The notes below the pieces were generated by a model. The model saw nothing but the letters and a program-made list of their open reading frames with translations. It searched no databases and was not told the origin of the DNA. 64,000 bases of DNA, taken from Styela clava (taxonomy: Eukaryota). A program made the position numbers and the translations under genes. The DNA is taken from the NCBI RefSeq assembly GCF_964204865.1, contig NC_135253.1, positions 9,920,001 to 9,984,000 of the forward strand, in the 5' to 3' direction. The number at the start of each line of letters is the position of its first letter. Position 1 is the stretch's first letter. This document shows positions 27,961-42,100 of this stretch, piece by piece.

Positions 27961-30900
27961 ATATTGTTCCTGTATTCATAAATTGATATTCTTATACAAA
28001 TGTTTCTTGAACACTCTAAAAATATAAATACTGTACATACACTGTGCGACACAACTGCGTTCACTGAAACAGAACAATCCTATTGACAAATCCCACGCAA
28101 CGGAGAAAGGAATACGACGGCTCGTGTTCGGTCGACTGGTTTTAGTCGATTGTGAAAAAGGCGAAAGCGCGAGGCGTTGGTGAAAGCAAGATAAACCCTG
28201 CAATCTCTCGCCGGCGACGCGAACCAACTAATCGGAGTGACAGAGGCAATTATGCTGGCACTTTATCTCGAGATAGTATAAAACGGGCCTCCAGGCTTGA
28301 GTTAAATTATCAAGATATGCATTTTGAATTTATCCATTGTTGATATTGACTAGGTTGCATCTATTCAAGGTAATTTTCCATATCTGAGAGAAACGTGATA
28401 CAGACCGAGCGACATATGAGATCCCGGACCAAGAGAAGATAGCTGCACAAGCGGATCATTTTTCGTAGTGACGTAGATGGAATAACAACTTTTTGAGCAT
28501 TTTACTCTTTGGTTTAAAATAAATGAACCCGGAATAAAAGAAAGAAATGGTGTTTTCAAAACTAAAACTTAATTGAAAATAGAAATTAGTGCGCTATAAC
28601 CTGCCGCTAATACGATAATACAACTAATGGTCACGGTTATGCCAAGTCGCTTGGAAACCTTTTAGAATATTCAAAATTCCACTGATCCTTTACTGGAAAT
28701 TGGATACTCGTGGCGTTTATCCATTTGGGACAAAACGTTTTAACCCTCGTTTCATGCGACTGGTTTTCTACAGACAATCAAACCCCCGACTCTTTCAATT
28801 TTGATATAAAAGAGAACTTGTACATATCGTTAAGGTAATGTCGTTTGTAATTTTCAGTAATCGCATATCGAGGGTTTTTAATGAATCTAGCCATTGAATA
28901 ATAATTCGGATCGCTTTTGCTTGTGTAGTTCTCCATTCGTAATGGCCAAGCGAACGAAAATAAAACGCCCTCAATCCTAATTTTGTATTTCAGTTCTATG
29001 GTACAAGCTTCGCGCCAAAGGTAATTTAATATTCATGTATACATAATGTAACTTCAGCATAGAAGGTTCAAAAACGCGCCATCATAACGATACCAAATTA
29101 AGTTGTGAACGACCGACCACCCCACCAATGCCGGCAGACACCTCAAAAAATGTCTGTTTTGCGGGTCATTGAATAAGCATTGATGTGCAAAGGGAGTGTT
29201 GTGCGCTAAATATGCTTCACGAACTGAAGCTAAAACCTGCACCTGCACATTGTTTAAAACTACTACGCAAATGTTTCTTTCTCTATTTCCAAAATTATGG
29301 TTCATGTGCTGGAATAAAAAAGTGTATGGGGTTGTACTTGAACAAACTTTCCCGTGTATTTGTTTTGTATTTTAAGGCAAAATAAAAACTGAAATTGAAC
29401 AGTAAATAATTAAATCCTACTGAGATAATAGGAAGGGATTTCAAGATAGTCGTTATATCTTTGGTGTTGCAGCCGTTCTTACAACAGAATCACGAAATTA
29501 CAAAAAGTGCTTCCTACTATTAATAGTCTGTGTGTAACTGTAGTCTGTGTTAATAGTCTACTATTATTAGTAACTGTGTGTTGATTGTCACTATCAAATC
29601 ATTTAAATACGCTGATATCACATGGCAGTTGTAGGCTATAGACAAGATCACAATATATGAATGTATCTACTTTGTTTCCATGAAACGGAATCGTTTCGGC
29701 GTAACATAGCCTACATATTTCAAAAAGCCAGAGCTCTTTGACTACCCATTAATAATTATTCAACAAAGATTCGAAAATTGTATCTATTTATATTCATGAC
29801 CGCTGAAGAAAGGTCACAGCGGGGTTTCAGTTATAGACGGCATTGCAAGCTTCTATAAAATACAGTTCATTATAATAGTGAGTGCTAATAGATTTGTTTG
29901 TCATTATATCGCGAACTTTATGACCTAAAATTCCCACATGCATTCGGGTTTTAATTCACTATAGGAAATGGGCCTTAGATCAGTTGAATCGTGTCCCAAG
30001 GGCTTATGGACGTTGTTCATTATTTTCCGTTTACCGTTTATATTAGACGGTATTTTGTCATCTTCAAAATGATCGAGATTCCTATTACTACTCTAAGATA
30101 TGGCGATTAATCACGATGTTACATTATAGTCCTGTTTACTACATTTATTCACGATTTTAGATTTTTCAGTCACTTACAAAATCGACCGCCTCACATATGC
30201 AAATTAGATTTGAGTCATTTGAATAACGATGAGCTACCACAAAAACACCATGTTGAATTACAGTTAAAATTCGATTACATAAAACTCATTTAAACTCGTC
30301 GAAATTTGGTACAGTAATAGGAAGCTCGATCACACTTGCAAATAAATACAAGGTTTTAAAGCTTTTAATGAAATGAAAAAATTGTAAGATAAAATGAAAT
30401 ATCACTGTAATTCGAACTTGATTTCACAAGTTATTACGCGATAGTTCTTCTCCCAGATATCAGTTGTCCTCTCCCTCGTTCAACTAACGTTGAATATGAA
30501 TTATAATACTATACATCAGGATAAATGTATTACAGTCCGAACTTAATTTGCTGTAAGCATACCGAAGAATTGAATTTTCTATTAAAAATGAAATTTGAGC
30601 TTATTTTATTGCAGCTTTTGGCAACAACCCTAAGTAAGATCTGATTATCTGTTGATGTAGGAATTCCATGAAATGCATAAAGAATGAGACAGATTTGTCT
30701 GTAGATTCACTTGGTTTATTATTGAAGGGACAAGTTATATGAATATACCAAAAAGGGACCTTCAAGAATAAATCTTTCCTATTTACGCTTCACGAAACAC
30801 TGGGTATCATTACCTGTGACGTCATAAATCCTTGCGCGACACTTTGAAACCACATTTCAAGCAAATGATGAAGGAAAATGACAAGCCTATTTGCGAATTG

Positions 30901-31444
30901 TAGCGTTTAGCGTGATAAATAATATAAATGTGTGTATTTATAGTTGAAAATATTCTCGGGTGTCTTCGAGGTGAAAATCAAAACCGTTTGCCCCTTCTTT
31001 TGTCGTTTCGATCACAATTGGTGAGTTGGGGTGAAATTGGAAATGGCAACCAAGCGCATCCTGTTTGCATTGCAACTAAATGTGAATTTCTATTCTCACA
31101 TACAATTAGACTCCATAAAAAACAATCAATATTTGATTATTTTTAGTGTCTTTCGGTTCCGCTCGGCTTTTCGTACCGGGAGGCGCCTCAATTCGCATTT
31201 CAAACAATATTCACTCGCGTACTTGTCCAAAAACATTGAATCAACATTTCGCTAGTTCTTGGTATTTTAGGCGGTGATAGTAACTTTATCAGTAATATTA
31301 CCGCCCATTTACGAAAGCTTGAGAAACTCTATTTAAATAAAAACCAACGCATTTAAAGAAATTTCCAGCCTCGTTTAAATGAAATCGTCACTTGGGGATT
31401 TGATTGGTGTAACAACAATATTTTATATAGATTCCAGTATTCTT

Positions 31445-31516
31445 TCAACCTTAACCTGGTAGACAACCTGATTTCAGGTTGTGCGCCATCTTGGTGCGCA
31501 TACTTCAGGAGTACCC
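31445..31516 (-). mobile_element. Single end of the GGGTACTCC MITE family (related subfamily)
   Basis: Reverse complement reads GGGTACTCCTGAAGTATGCGCACCAAGATGGCGC..TACCAGGTTAAGGTT, homologous to the 44584 TIR. Confidence 0.65.
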
Positions 31517-34172
31517 TTTCAACACTGTATATAAGAACTGTGTAAGGATATTTTCTTTTGACTGTGCATTTGACATTTTGCATGGAACAAACTACCATGA
31601 ATGATATCAACAGTTAAAAACACTCAAAAGACTCAAGTTTCACTCAAATATTCACGACGTGAGGATTCGGTGGCATGAAAACCACTGGTGATTACAATTC
31701 AGTTTGACACCTGCTGAATTAGGAATCGCAGAGCTGTCGACGAATCGCGTTTATAGTTGTTACGTTTTTAAAATTTCCGTAACGAGATTACTTTTGATTT
31801 ATTCTGCCATAACCAAACAACAAAACATTGTCGGCACAACAGATGTTGTATGACAGACATTCCATTAATTACCGTGCATAATGAATTTTCACGGTCGCAG
31901 GTGCTTGCCCGAAGTTAGACTTTTTTGCTGAGTAATGTGTGGATACCATGACACTGCTTTATGCGTTTCTTTCATCATGTTAGAATTCGTGAGCTCAAAT
32001 CTGATCTAACCCACCAATGTAACCCTAGTGAGTGGCTCAGTTATATATATTTGATCTACATTCCATAATATATGTGTAGAACACCAACAAAAAAACCTTC
32101 GTTTACCTTACCATCGCAATATTTTTGATACTTAGTTTGAATTTCTAGCAGATCGTATTGTATTTTACAGGGCTCATTTTTGATTACTGCAACTAAACTG
32201 AAACGCTCCCTGGAAGACAAAAATGACCTTTGTTTAACTCGAAAACACAACTAAAACCTAACAAATGGATAATAAAAAAGTACAAAATCTAGTTAATGCT
32301 CACAGCTATTTCTGGAATTTTGTGTTAGAGGAAAAAACGTCTCAGCGACTGCACAAATTTCATTTATTGCTGATTGGTCATTGGTACGGAATTAAATGAG
32401 GAAGTCGGTGCTTATGGAACCCACCATTGTCTTCAAGACTAGGAGAATATTCTGATTTACCTGATATAAGTTGTCTTTAGACTCGTATCTGTCCGTGCAT
32501 GTCAATTTGACAAATTCTGTGAAATGGACGTTCGAAACCAAAATAATTAAAAAATAGCAATAGTAATTTTATTATATAAAACATTTCAGAATATTATACT
32601 CTTACAGCTTTACGCGGCGAAATTGTTTGTTTCCAAAGTATCTCGATCTTCAGAAGGGCATGATACAGAAGTTCATCACTATGATGGTGTTGTATTATCA
32701 ACTTGGTTTATGACAACAAACAATGTTGCTATCAAGATTTACGTTAGATAAGAATGGATTAACGAAATCTTACTAAGCTACAATTTTAAATCAGAGAATG
32801 AAGATCAAATGAATATTGCAATGACAGACGAAATAAAGTCCCGTTAGGTTTGGTAGCAGAAGTGTTTTACACCGAACATCCATTTATTGGTTCAACGCTT
32901 TTTGAAAAAACAACACTAATAGACCTTTCACGAGGATTGATTTTTCGTTCTATACAAAAAGTCTGATACACTGAAATTTTTAAATTTACAGATAAGTTCA
33001 CATATCTATCGTTTAACAGTATTTTGTGAGTTGTTTGACATATCATCATATTAAATTAATACATGTTGTTGCTTTTGTATTTAGTTTGTCAGTATTTTCG
33101 TATTTAATTTCCATCACCTTGAAGGACCAAACATGTGTGTGTAGCAGTTTTCTAAATACATAACGTAATCTAGCTTGTTTGAGATCCTTTATAAAGTAGG
33201 TCTCTCTTATCTATAGAAGCTCGATTTTAATTTATTGGTTAATTAAAATTAGTGCAAATAATGGATTACATTTTTGAAATTGCTGTAAATTGTCAAATAA
33301 TCAGTGTTGACAAAAATATTCGATTTTGAAATATATATTCAGGGAACATATCTTCCAAAATGGGAAGCCCTAGAATAAATAGCTGCAGTATAAACTTGTA
33401 ATATTGGAGTATTGGCGCAAAATATTAGATAAACAGCAATCAATACAATAAGTAGTTGGAATACAATGAATTGTGATAATCTATAATGACAACATGTTAA
33501 CCATGGCGGAAGGTATAACAGTGGTGTAACCTACTTGGAGTTTAATTTTCGTGTTGTTTCGATTGTCACGGCTTTAATAAATGATTCAAAGAAAACGACG
33601 TAAAATATTGTTTCCATATATATATATAAATATATGTCTTAGATGTGCCCTGCAAATATATTTCATTTGTGTAGACTGTTTTGATACAATACCACTTCCT
33701 GGAAAATTTAATCAAGGTTGTATTTTTTAAAGGTGCACTTGTGTAATTTTTGATCTGATTAAAATACGAACAACGTTAACGTTTGCAGATAGGCATCTGA
33801 TTATTTTTGGATGTCTGAATGCCACTATTAAAGTTTTTCACGCCTGATGACGCGCTTATCATTGTTATTATTCACTGATAATATCTATCTTAATTTAGCA
33901 TTGTTTGAGTCTGGGATTGAACATTCATTCAGTCACATTACAACTCGTATCATTTAGTTTACTGTTCCTTGCATAGAACGTGTGATAACACTTATATTTG
34001 AATCAGTTAGTAACTGAGAACATTGTGAAAATAGTGGATAGGAAGTAATCCGTTGGAGTAATCGTCAAGTTATGCGAAAACATGGCGCGAATTTATTCAG
34101 ATTTTGAGCAAGCCACTAGAAGACGCTAGTGATACGTATATAGCTTGGTTATCGTCATTCGCGAAACATTAA

Positions 34173-35023
34173 CATTATCTGTGGCCCGCGTCACATTGGA
34201 GCGAGGGTAAACAAAAAATAGCATTTGATGTTGTTTCGTCATAAAAATAACCAGAAAAATCTTTTGACATATTGTTACATCACCAATATCACTGAATTGA
34301 TTAGTGTTATGGCTAGCTGAGGCAACTAATGAATAATGTGCTTGGCTAGTCCAAATTGTTAACTGGCTTTCTATTTCTTGGTCGGGAATATATGCTAATA
34401 AAATAAGCTTCACAGAAAACTAGAAAACGAATGAGAAATCTATTAACCTAGGTTGAATATGCCTGATAACTAAATATTAATGTAATGACCGAACAATATA
34501 ATTCCTGCCGGGTGTTTTTTTGCAACCAGCCCAAACAGTATCACAAAAAAAAATGCTGCCTATATGTCAGAAAATTTCTTAATTCTTCTCCTGTATCTCA
34601 AATTTGGTTAAATTCGATAATCAATCAATCTGCAGTTATTTGTAGGATATTTTGTGAACATGAGTTTGAAAGGAAAGATGACCAATTCAAACAAATTTTT
34701 GACTGGACATGGGAAGGAAAATACCACAATTAATATGTCTGCAAGTTGTGTCGGTGATAATCTATTTCTTCTTATGGCACTTTCTCCGTTACGAAGAGTT
34801 TGAAATCGTACACTAAATGTAGATATTGTAAGATTTCTGCACGTTTTGGTGAGTTTTTTGCATGTTTTAGCTTCAAAAATGACAAATAATGATCAATGTG
34901 TTTGGACAATAAATGTGTTTGTTTTGTATTGCACTGTTTACCTATTCTTGGCACTATTGTGGCCCACGAACAATTCAAAAATGTTAGTGTGGCCCGCTAG
35001 GGCGACAACCTTGGGCCACCCTG
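34173..35023 (+). mobile_element. 5'-truncated hAT-Charlie non-autonomous element (same family as 39268-40117)
   Basis: Collinear with 39268-40117; right end GTGGCCCGCTAGGGCGACAACCTTGGGCCACCCTG. Confidence 0.8.
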
Positions 35024-35687
35024 CCCTAGTGCATTACTCCAGCAAGGCGAGTTACCGTCCTTGCATGGCGTAATAGAGAGATTCCCAGCATTTGTAGACA
35101 TTGTCAATATGTTTCGTTAATACTTCTCAGCAATTCAGTATTGACCGTTCGCGACGATTATCATATTCAATTTTAATATAGTCGTGGAAGGAATTCGTAG
35201 AAAAAACATTCAAATCAAATAATCCCCCCCCCCCCCTCCATATTAGATTACAGGATCGCACCAATACTTCCTACCCGCGTCAGTAAAGAAGAGACATTAC
35301 TTATCATATATTTCAATTTTGATTCGCTGTATAGTCAGATCGCCGGATATCCTCCCTTGTAAAGGATACTGGAGTCTGGTTATATAATTTTACAGGAATA
35401 AATGTAATCAAAGACGAAAAGGCACTGTTATACCTCTAATTTATTTGACAGGACATGAACATAAAAGACGTTAATGTAAAAATAGCAATAATTTGAAGAT
35501 AATTTTCATTTGTTGGGGGGAAATCCATATTTTTCGAACTAAGGTGCTAAGTCAAAGAGCTCAAATCCGCTACTTTGTCGTGGAATATATATAATTTTCA
35601 ATTCCAAAAATAAATGTACCATGCTCGAAACCAACAGCACCAACTGGTAAAATAAGCTGATCAATCCAGAGCAGACGTCCCAACTAT

Positions 35688-36171
35688 TCAACATTCGTAT
35701 TTTAGAATAGTCATTAAAGGACAACATATCTCAACAATTTTTCTTATATTCGATTCACTTAATCCCATTTTCCATATATGGGTCGTGGAGGGTTTAATGA
35801 TCCCATCGAATGGGACGGTAAAATATTGACTTCTTGCTACTCGAGTAAGTTTATTTAAAAATCGAAGTTTCAGTGGAAGTCCTAACTTTTCAAATATGTT
35901 TGTTGCTGTCCTTTCTGTATTACTTACAACATCTTCAAAACGCACAATGTGCAAAGGCCATTGCCCTTCTGAAACTTCGTTCGTCAAAGCGTTTGCGATG
36001 CTTATCGTCCAAATAACAGCAAGTTGTTCCACAGTGCTTAGTTCTGTTTTCCTTAAAGCCTCAAATTGCTTGAAATGCCAATAAAACTCAGGATAATCCA
36101 GGCCATCAACATCACACGATTTTCCGATGCTTCGATAAGATTTAGCAAAGGAATTAAGAAGTCTTCTTCGC
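35688..36171 (-). CDS. DSEL: DSEL terminal coding exon 7
   Basis: VRFEDVV..TATNIFEKLGLP..WK..L..IVEICCPLM..LKY stop; in phase with exon 6. Confidence 0.88.
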
Positions 36172-39100
36172 CTGAGCAATGATATATAACGTATTATATA
36201 TAATTCAGAAAAAGCAAGAGAATTTATATAGCAACCTTTTAAATTAACATGCAGTTAATTTTGGATGTGATTTCCTAGCTCCAGCAGTGATAGCACGTCT
36301 TTGCACATTACGTGGCAGTTGTTTTGAGTTCCACGCGAAAGTGGAAGCTAGGCCTATAGCATGTCAATCCATAGTAAAATAAATTGGGCACATTATGCTA
36401 AACCAATTAGATTTCGAACACTTTAAAGTAGTTTGATAAACGAGTGAGTATCTGTTTATTTAGATCTTTGTAATGAGCGAAATCCATAAATACCACACGA
36501 TAGCAAGTTCTACGTTTTTGGTAAGTTGTTTTCCACCAAGAGAGGAAAATACGGAAGCCAAATTAATTTAAATAGCGGTTACATACCTATTTGTGTTGCG
36601 GTCATAAAGAATTATGCGAACCCACGATCTTGGATCACGAACTACTAGAATTGGCTGAAAATTGCTTTTTCCAACAACCTGGCGAATCCAGGGTAATTTT
36701 GTTATCCAAAATCCAGAATTATCGTTCAGTACAACTGTAGGGTTGAAATTCTGACGTAGCTTCCGTCTGATTTCAAGAATATATTTTGACTCTAAGTTCT
36801 GATTGAAATGAAGTAATGGCTTCGTTATTAGCGATGTAAACCACCCCACGGTGAGAAGATTGAACTGAAAAAACGTAAAATAAGAGTGACAATGCTTTAT
36901 TTCAAAAATGAACACATGCTTCTATTAAAAAATTGTAACTATTGTCACAAGTTGACAACATACAAAATTATATGAAATTCGTTACGTCGCAATGACAAGA
37001 AGATTCAAAGTGATGCCCGGTGAAAGTTGAGGAGTGTAAAAGTAGGAGCAATACCAAAATACTATCAAACGCATTAAACTGAAACTATCAATACACCTTC
37101 ATTTGCGCCTTGCGGTTGAACTCATAGAATAGTTCGGAAGTTAAAACTATTTCATATATCTAAGAAAGACGAGAATATCTGAATCGACATTCATTAAAAA
37201 AAACGTTGGTGTTGGATTTGTTGAAAATTAGTGAAACGCTACTATGAATGAGAAAATCACACTGTTTTTCTAATAAAAGTTATCACCGCGTTAAAATTGA
37301 GTAATGCTAAATAGGAAATGGGGCGAACGGGACAATATTAACAAATTTGTATTACGGTATTTTCATCTGCAAAAATTACCTGATTTTGCAAAGAATTCCA
37401 CAAGCACAAATTTATCTTGCTTGTGTCGTGAACCTTTACAGGAATTGTTATGTTGTCAGGAGAATTTATAAAGAGGAATTCGTTTTCGTCTTCAAATAAA
37501 TATTCCATCAACTCGCTGCCTGATCCAGGTAATGCAGTAACGAACACAAAAGGTGATGTTGGTATTCTCATCTCTCCTGCAGTCGAGTTTACACTTTCCC
37601 TATGAAAAATAGAAAATTAGTTTAGGCAGACCAAAAATATCCGCAACCGCAATTATAAGGTTTAGTTATATGATTTGAAATTTGTAAATGAGCTAACTGA
37701 CTTAAAAAGGAAACCCACGGAGCAAATTTTGTATATACCATTTTAAACATGAAAAGGTAGATGTAGCTGAAGTCATTGATTTGATGAGGCTCACTTTACA
37801 TTTGAACAAATCATAAGGGATGTTACAGATTTATTCAGTGTTAGAAACATTTCCGGCCAAAACGTTGATTTCATGTTCACTGATATTCATGTACATAAAT
37901 GAAGTAATATTAAATATCGGCTTAGTATTTACAAATTTAATAGAAAACTTTCGTCACCTTCTCAAATTCCTCGCTTGCCATCTATTGAAACATGTATTGG
38001 TGCCGTTTTTATCAATGCATAACAAATTGATAATGGTCAATAGAACAAGAGAAAACACACCGAATTTCGATTGTCGACTAGTTTTCCTAGAAAACAAGAA
38101 GAAAGTCTCTTGCATTTCGTGTTGCGTGAGTGGTACGAGTTACCCAAATGTTAATATTTTAAAACACCATTTATGCTATGCTTTCTCGATTCGATAAGAA
38201 ATATGTATTTCTCGACTTACCTAACACTCCGCCTGATGAGATTCTTTTTATATGCAAGAAATAGGATAAACAATACAAATAACGCGGCAGTAAGTGGCAA
38301 TACTATAGTTTTAGCCTCAACAGAAAATAAGGGCCAGTAATGCAACGAATTAATTGATTTCGAATTTGCAGATTTAGGAAAACTTGAGCAAGTTTTTGAC
38401 GTTGACAGCGTAAATTTCGAAACATCTGGTAATTGTGATGTAGTCATCTGAGATGTAACGTAGTGATGAAGAAGCTGAATGTCATTTTCTGCTTCTGAAT
38501 TATCATGTATCATTCGGCTATCGAGGCCTAAGTGTTGTTCATTCGATCCTATTTTGACATAAGCATATCCCCCAAATCCAGTAATGCTTTTTCTGTCTTT
38601 GATCGGGGATGCCTTCTTTGTTTTCGGTTTTACAGCAGTTGAAATGTTGATCATATGCTCAATATTGTTAATATCAACACTGAGCATAACCCCTAATTGT
38701 CCACTCTTGGGCAAAATAGAAGCTGATTTAATGTTATAGTTGGGACCAGTAAAGATATGAACAACATTTGTAGTGCCTTCGGACAATGAGTAGGTAACAT
38801 TGATAAAGTTCGTAGGACCTTCCCGCAGACCTATCGGCCGAACACCGCTGTGTAATGTGGTATTGATGTTTCTATCATTCATTTTTATGGAAAACATAGA
38901 GTAAGAACCTTCCGGATAATGAACTTGAGCTCCTGTAAAAATGTACAAAAATTTAAGTTTATTTTGCACTTTAGGTTGGCTTAGCTAGAATATCTATCTT
39001 TATTCTTGGAAACATGAACGAAGCTATGAAATATCAAAGAATTATAGGAAGAAAGCCACCAAGTTCATTAGTACCATTCTAAAGTGTTGTATAAAAATAG

Positions 39101-42100
39101 CCGACCAATGTAACGTTCTTAATCAGTGGTTTTCACTCGGTGGTAGCAAACATTGAGGTTCCGTGAGTTTTGGGAGTTCAGTAGGGCTCGGCGAGTGAAC
39201 TTTGTCAATTACCCAATACCTATTAGTGTGAAACAGTATTTCCTGCTTTGAAAATCAGTAGTTCTACAAGGGTGGTCCAAACCCATTCCCGCGGCCACAT
39301 GTGGCCCGCAGCGTCATTATCTGTGGCCCGCGTCGCCTTTGCGGAAGGGTAAGCGGAATATTGCATTTGGTGTTGTTTCGTCATATAAATAACAGAAAAA
39401 CTTTTTGACATCTTGTTACAACACTAATATCACTGAATTAACTAGTGTCACGGCTAGCTGAAGCAACTAGCAAAGTTGAATTGGGTGTGATTGGATAATC
39501 CAAATTGTTCAATGGCTTTCTATCTATTTGGTTGGAAATATATTCCAACAGTTATATTAACTAAATATGATAACTAAATATTAATGTTATGGCCTAAGAA
39601 TATATTTCGTTTCGGTGATGTTTTGCAACCAGCCTAAACAGTATTACAAAATGCTTCTAATATTTCAGAAAAATTAGTAATTCCTCTCCTGTACCTTACA
39701 TTTGGTAAAATATGATAATCAATCATTCAGCAGTTATGGCAAATATAATCTAAAACGGCATTTTGCTATCATGTGAGCAATGAGGATTTCCAAATTTTGA
39801 GGGATTTTGCCTCGGTAACTCCGATGTTCGAGAGCATTCATATTTGCGGAAGCACTTTATCCGTAATGAAGTGTTTGAAATCTTACACTAAATGTAGATA
39901 TAGCTAAACTTTTGCATGTTTTAGTGATTTTTCTGGCGTATTTTGTATGATTTAGCTTGATAAATGGAAAACAGTGATCAATCGTTTGGACAATAAAAGT
40001 GTTTGTTGTTTACATATTTCTGACGCTATTGTGGCCCGCGAACAATGCAAAAATAATTTCGTAACAATGCAAAAATAATTTCGTGGCCCGCTAAGGCGAC
40101 AACCTTGAACCACCCTGGTCTAACTCTAACTAGTTACCTTCGTATCCAAGATGATGATATTCTTTAAATTTGTGCAGCATATTGTGAAATAGAGAACTTG
40201 CTCTTTTTGTACCGCTTCCTGGGTCGAGCTTTATACTATCAACCACAATTAGAACTTCTGGATTTAGTAACAGAATTCCACGATATACACTGCTCAACTG
40301 GAGAGATTTTCTGTGGGACAATAAAGTTAAATGATCCATGTTAAATGATCAAAAATTTTGAACAAAACGCAACAGAAAATCTTGAATAATTCATGGAGTA
40401 GGCGTTTCGGTTATATCCTAGTAAAATCGTAAAAGAACATCGACATTTTATAAATATCCTGAGAATGTCATCGAATAGTTTCCGGTTAGGAAACCGATGG
40501 CATTCAATTTTCAATGACATGTGGGCTTGGGAATATAGTGCAATAATTGGATACATTCTGATTTTCTTGAAAAAATATATACGGGCGGTTCTGAAATGCT
40601 CGCTTGTATACTACAAAAGGTTGGTAAAAATGTGGATTTGTTCTGGGTGGTAATTTTTAATTCGTTATTAGTATTAGATTTGAGTTTTGGATGTGAAAAA
40701 TATTGCTAAAGTCAATTTCTGAACTATTCACATAATCATCTAATTACTCAAATCAATGGAAAAGTGACTTACGAATAAATATTCGCAGCTTCTCCTGCAA
40801 TGAAAACTATTCCATTTGATGTAACAGCCGTTAGAATATCACCTCTCATGCCTTCTTCTAAAATTTGATATTTGAGCCATTTATTGCACTCGCCTATTTG
40901 GCCTTCCCATGGTTGATTGCACTGGGAAGTGTTGGAAGGAGAAAAAACCACAACATTGTCTAAATATGAATATTTTGGTCCATACAAGGATTCTGTAATA
41001 AAATATCTCCCGTTCGGTGCAAAAACGAATGAATTTTGATCGGGGTGTTCATGGCCCGGATTAAAGTTTTTCCATCGCGCTGCGTTTATTTGATCGGGAT
41101 AACGGTTATTAAACATGATGTCAACTGCCGACTCTCCGTTCGGAACTCCCGATTTGAAGGATAAAAATGTATTTCCTTTTTTCATATCTTCGCCCCCACC
41201 GTACGTGACGACACCCCAGTCTGAATAAAAATGAATATTTTTAACGATACATTCAGCTGGCTGTCGCGGTCTCACGGATGCATTGTAAAATATGTATTCA
41301 GTGTGCATCATGCTCCAAATTTGTGCATTAGAAGGTGCGAGTGGCTTATTTTTTGGTCTCGCACGTCTGATTTTGGCCGCTAACCAGTTGCCGTACCCGT
41401 TTTTCATGACGTAATTGTCTAAGAAAGTAAGTTGACTTCCTGGACCAAAAAACCAATTGTGATTTGCATCTGCAATGCCAACCGATCTCTGAAATCCTGG
41501 TAAGATAGTTTTGTAATAAAACCAAAAATGTTGTTTGAGCCAAGGATTACTTGTGTGATCGGTTTTGAGATGTTTCTTTGCTAGATACACATACTGTGTC
41601 AGTCCGCGCGAAGTATAGCTGCCATATGATACTCCCTCATCAAGAGATCCATCGGTGACATGCGATAGCATGAGCATTGCCGCGTCTAAATGCTTTTTCG
41701 ATTCGGCAATCCAAGGCTCAGCAACATCAGGCTCGTGGACTGAAACCAATAATGATCCAATTAAGAGAGCAACTATGTTGCTAGCGGCATGGTTGTGGGT
41801 GTACTGCTTGGTCCAACCAAATTTAGATTTTAGCGTCATTTCGTAAAGATGGTGACTTGTACTGTTGATTTTTTTATAATAAAGCTGCCGTTTCGCCAAA
41901 TCAAACCTATTATAAAGGAGATCGAATGCAGTTGAAAAACCAATGAGTGAATGACCGACCGGCACCTGATCCATAAGGTAGCTTTCTGCTACGTACCAAT
42001 CCGGATAACTCGCCATCCTATCCATATAAGTTGTAATATACCTGAAGGCAGCTTCATCGGTGGGATACAAAAAGACATACATGGCAAATCCACATAAATT

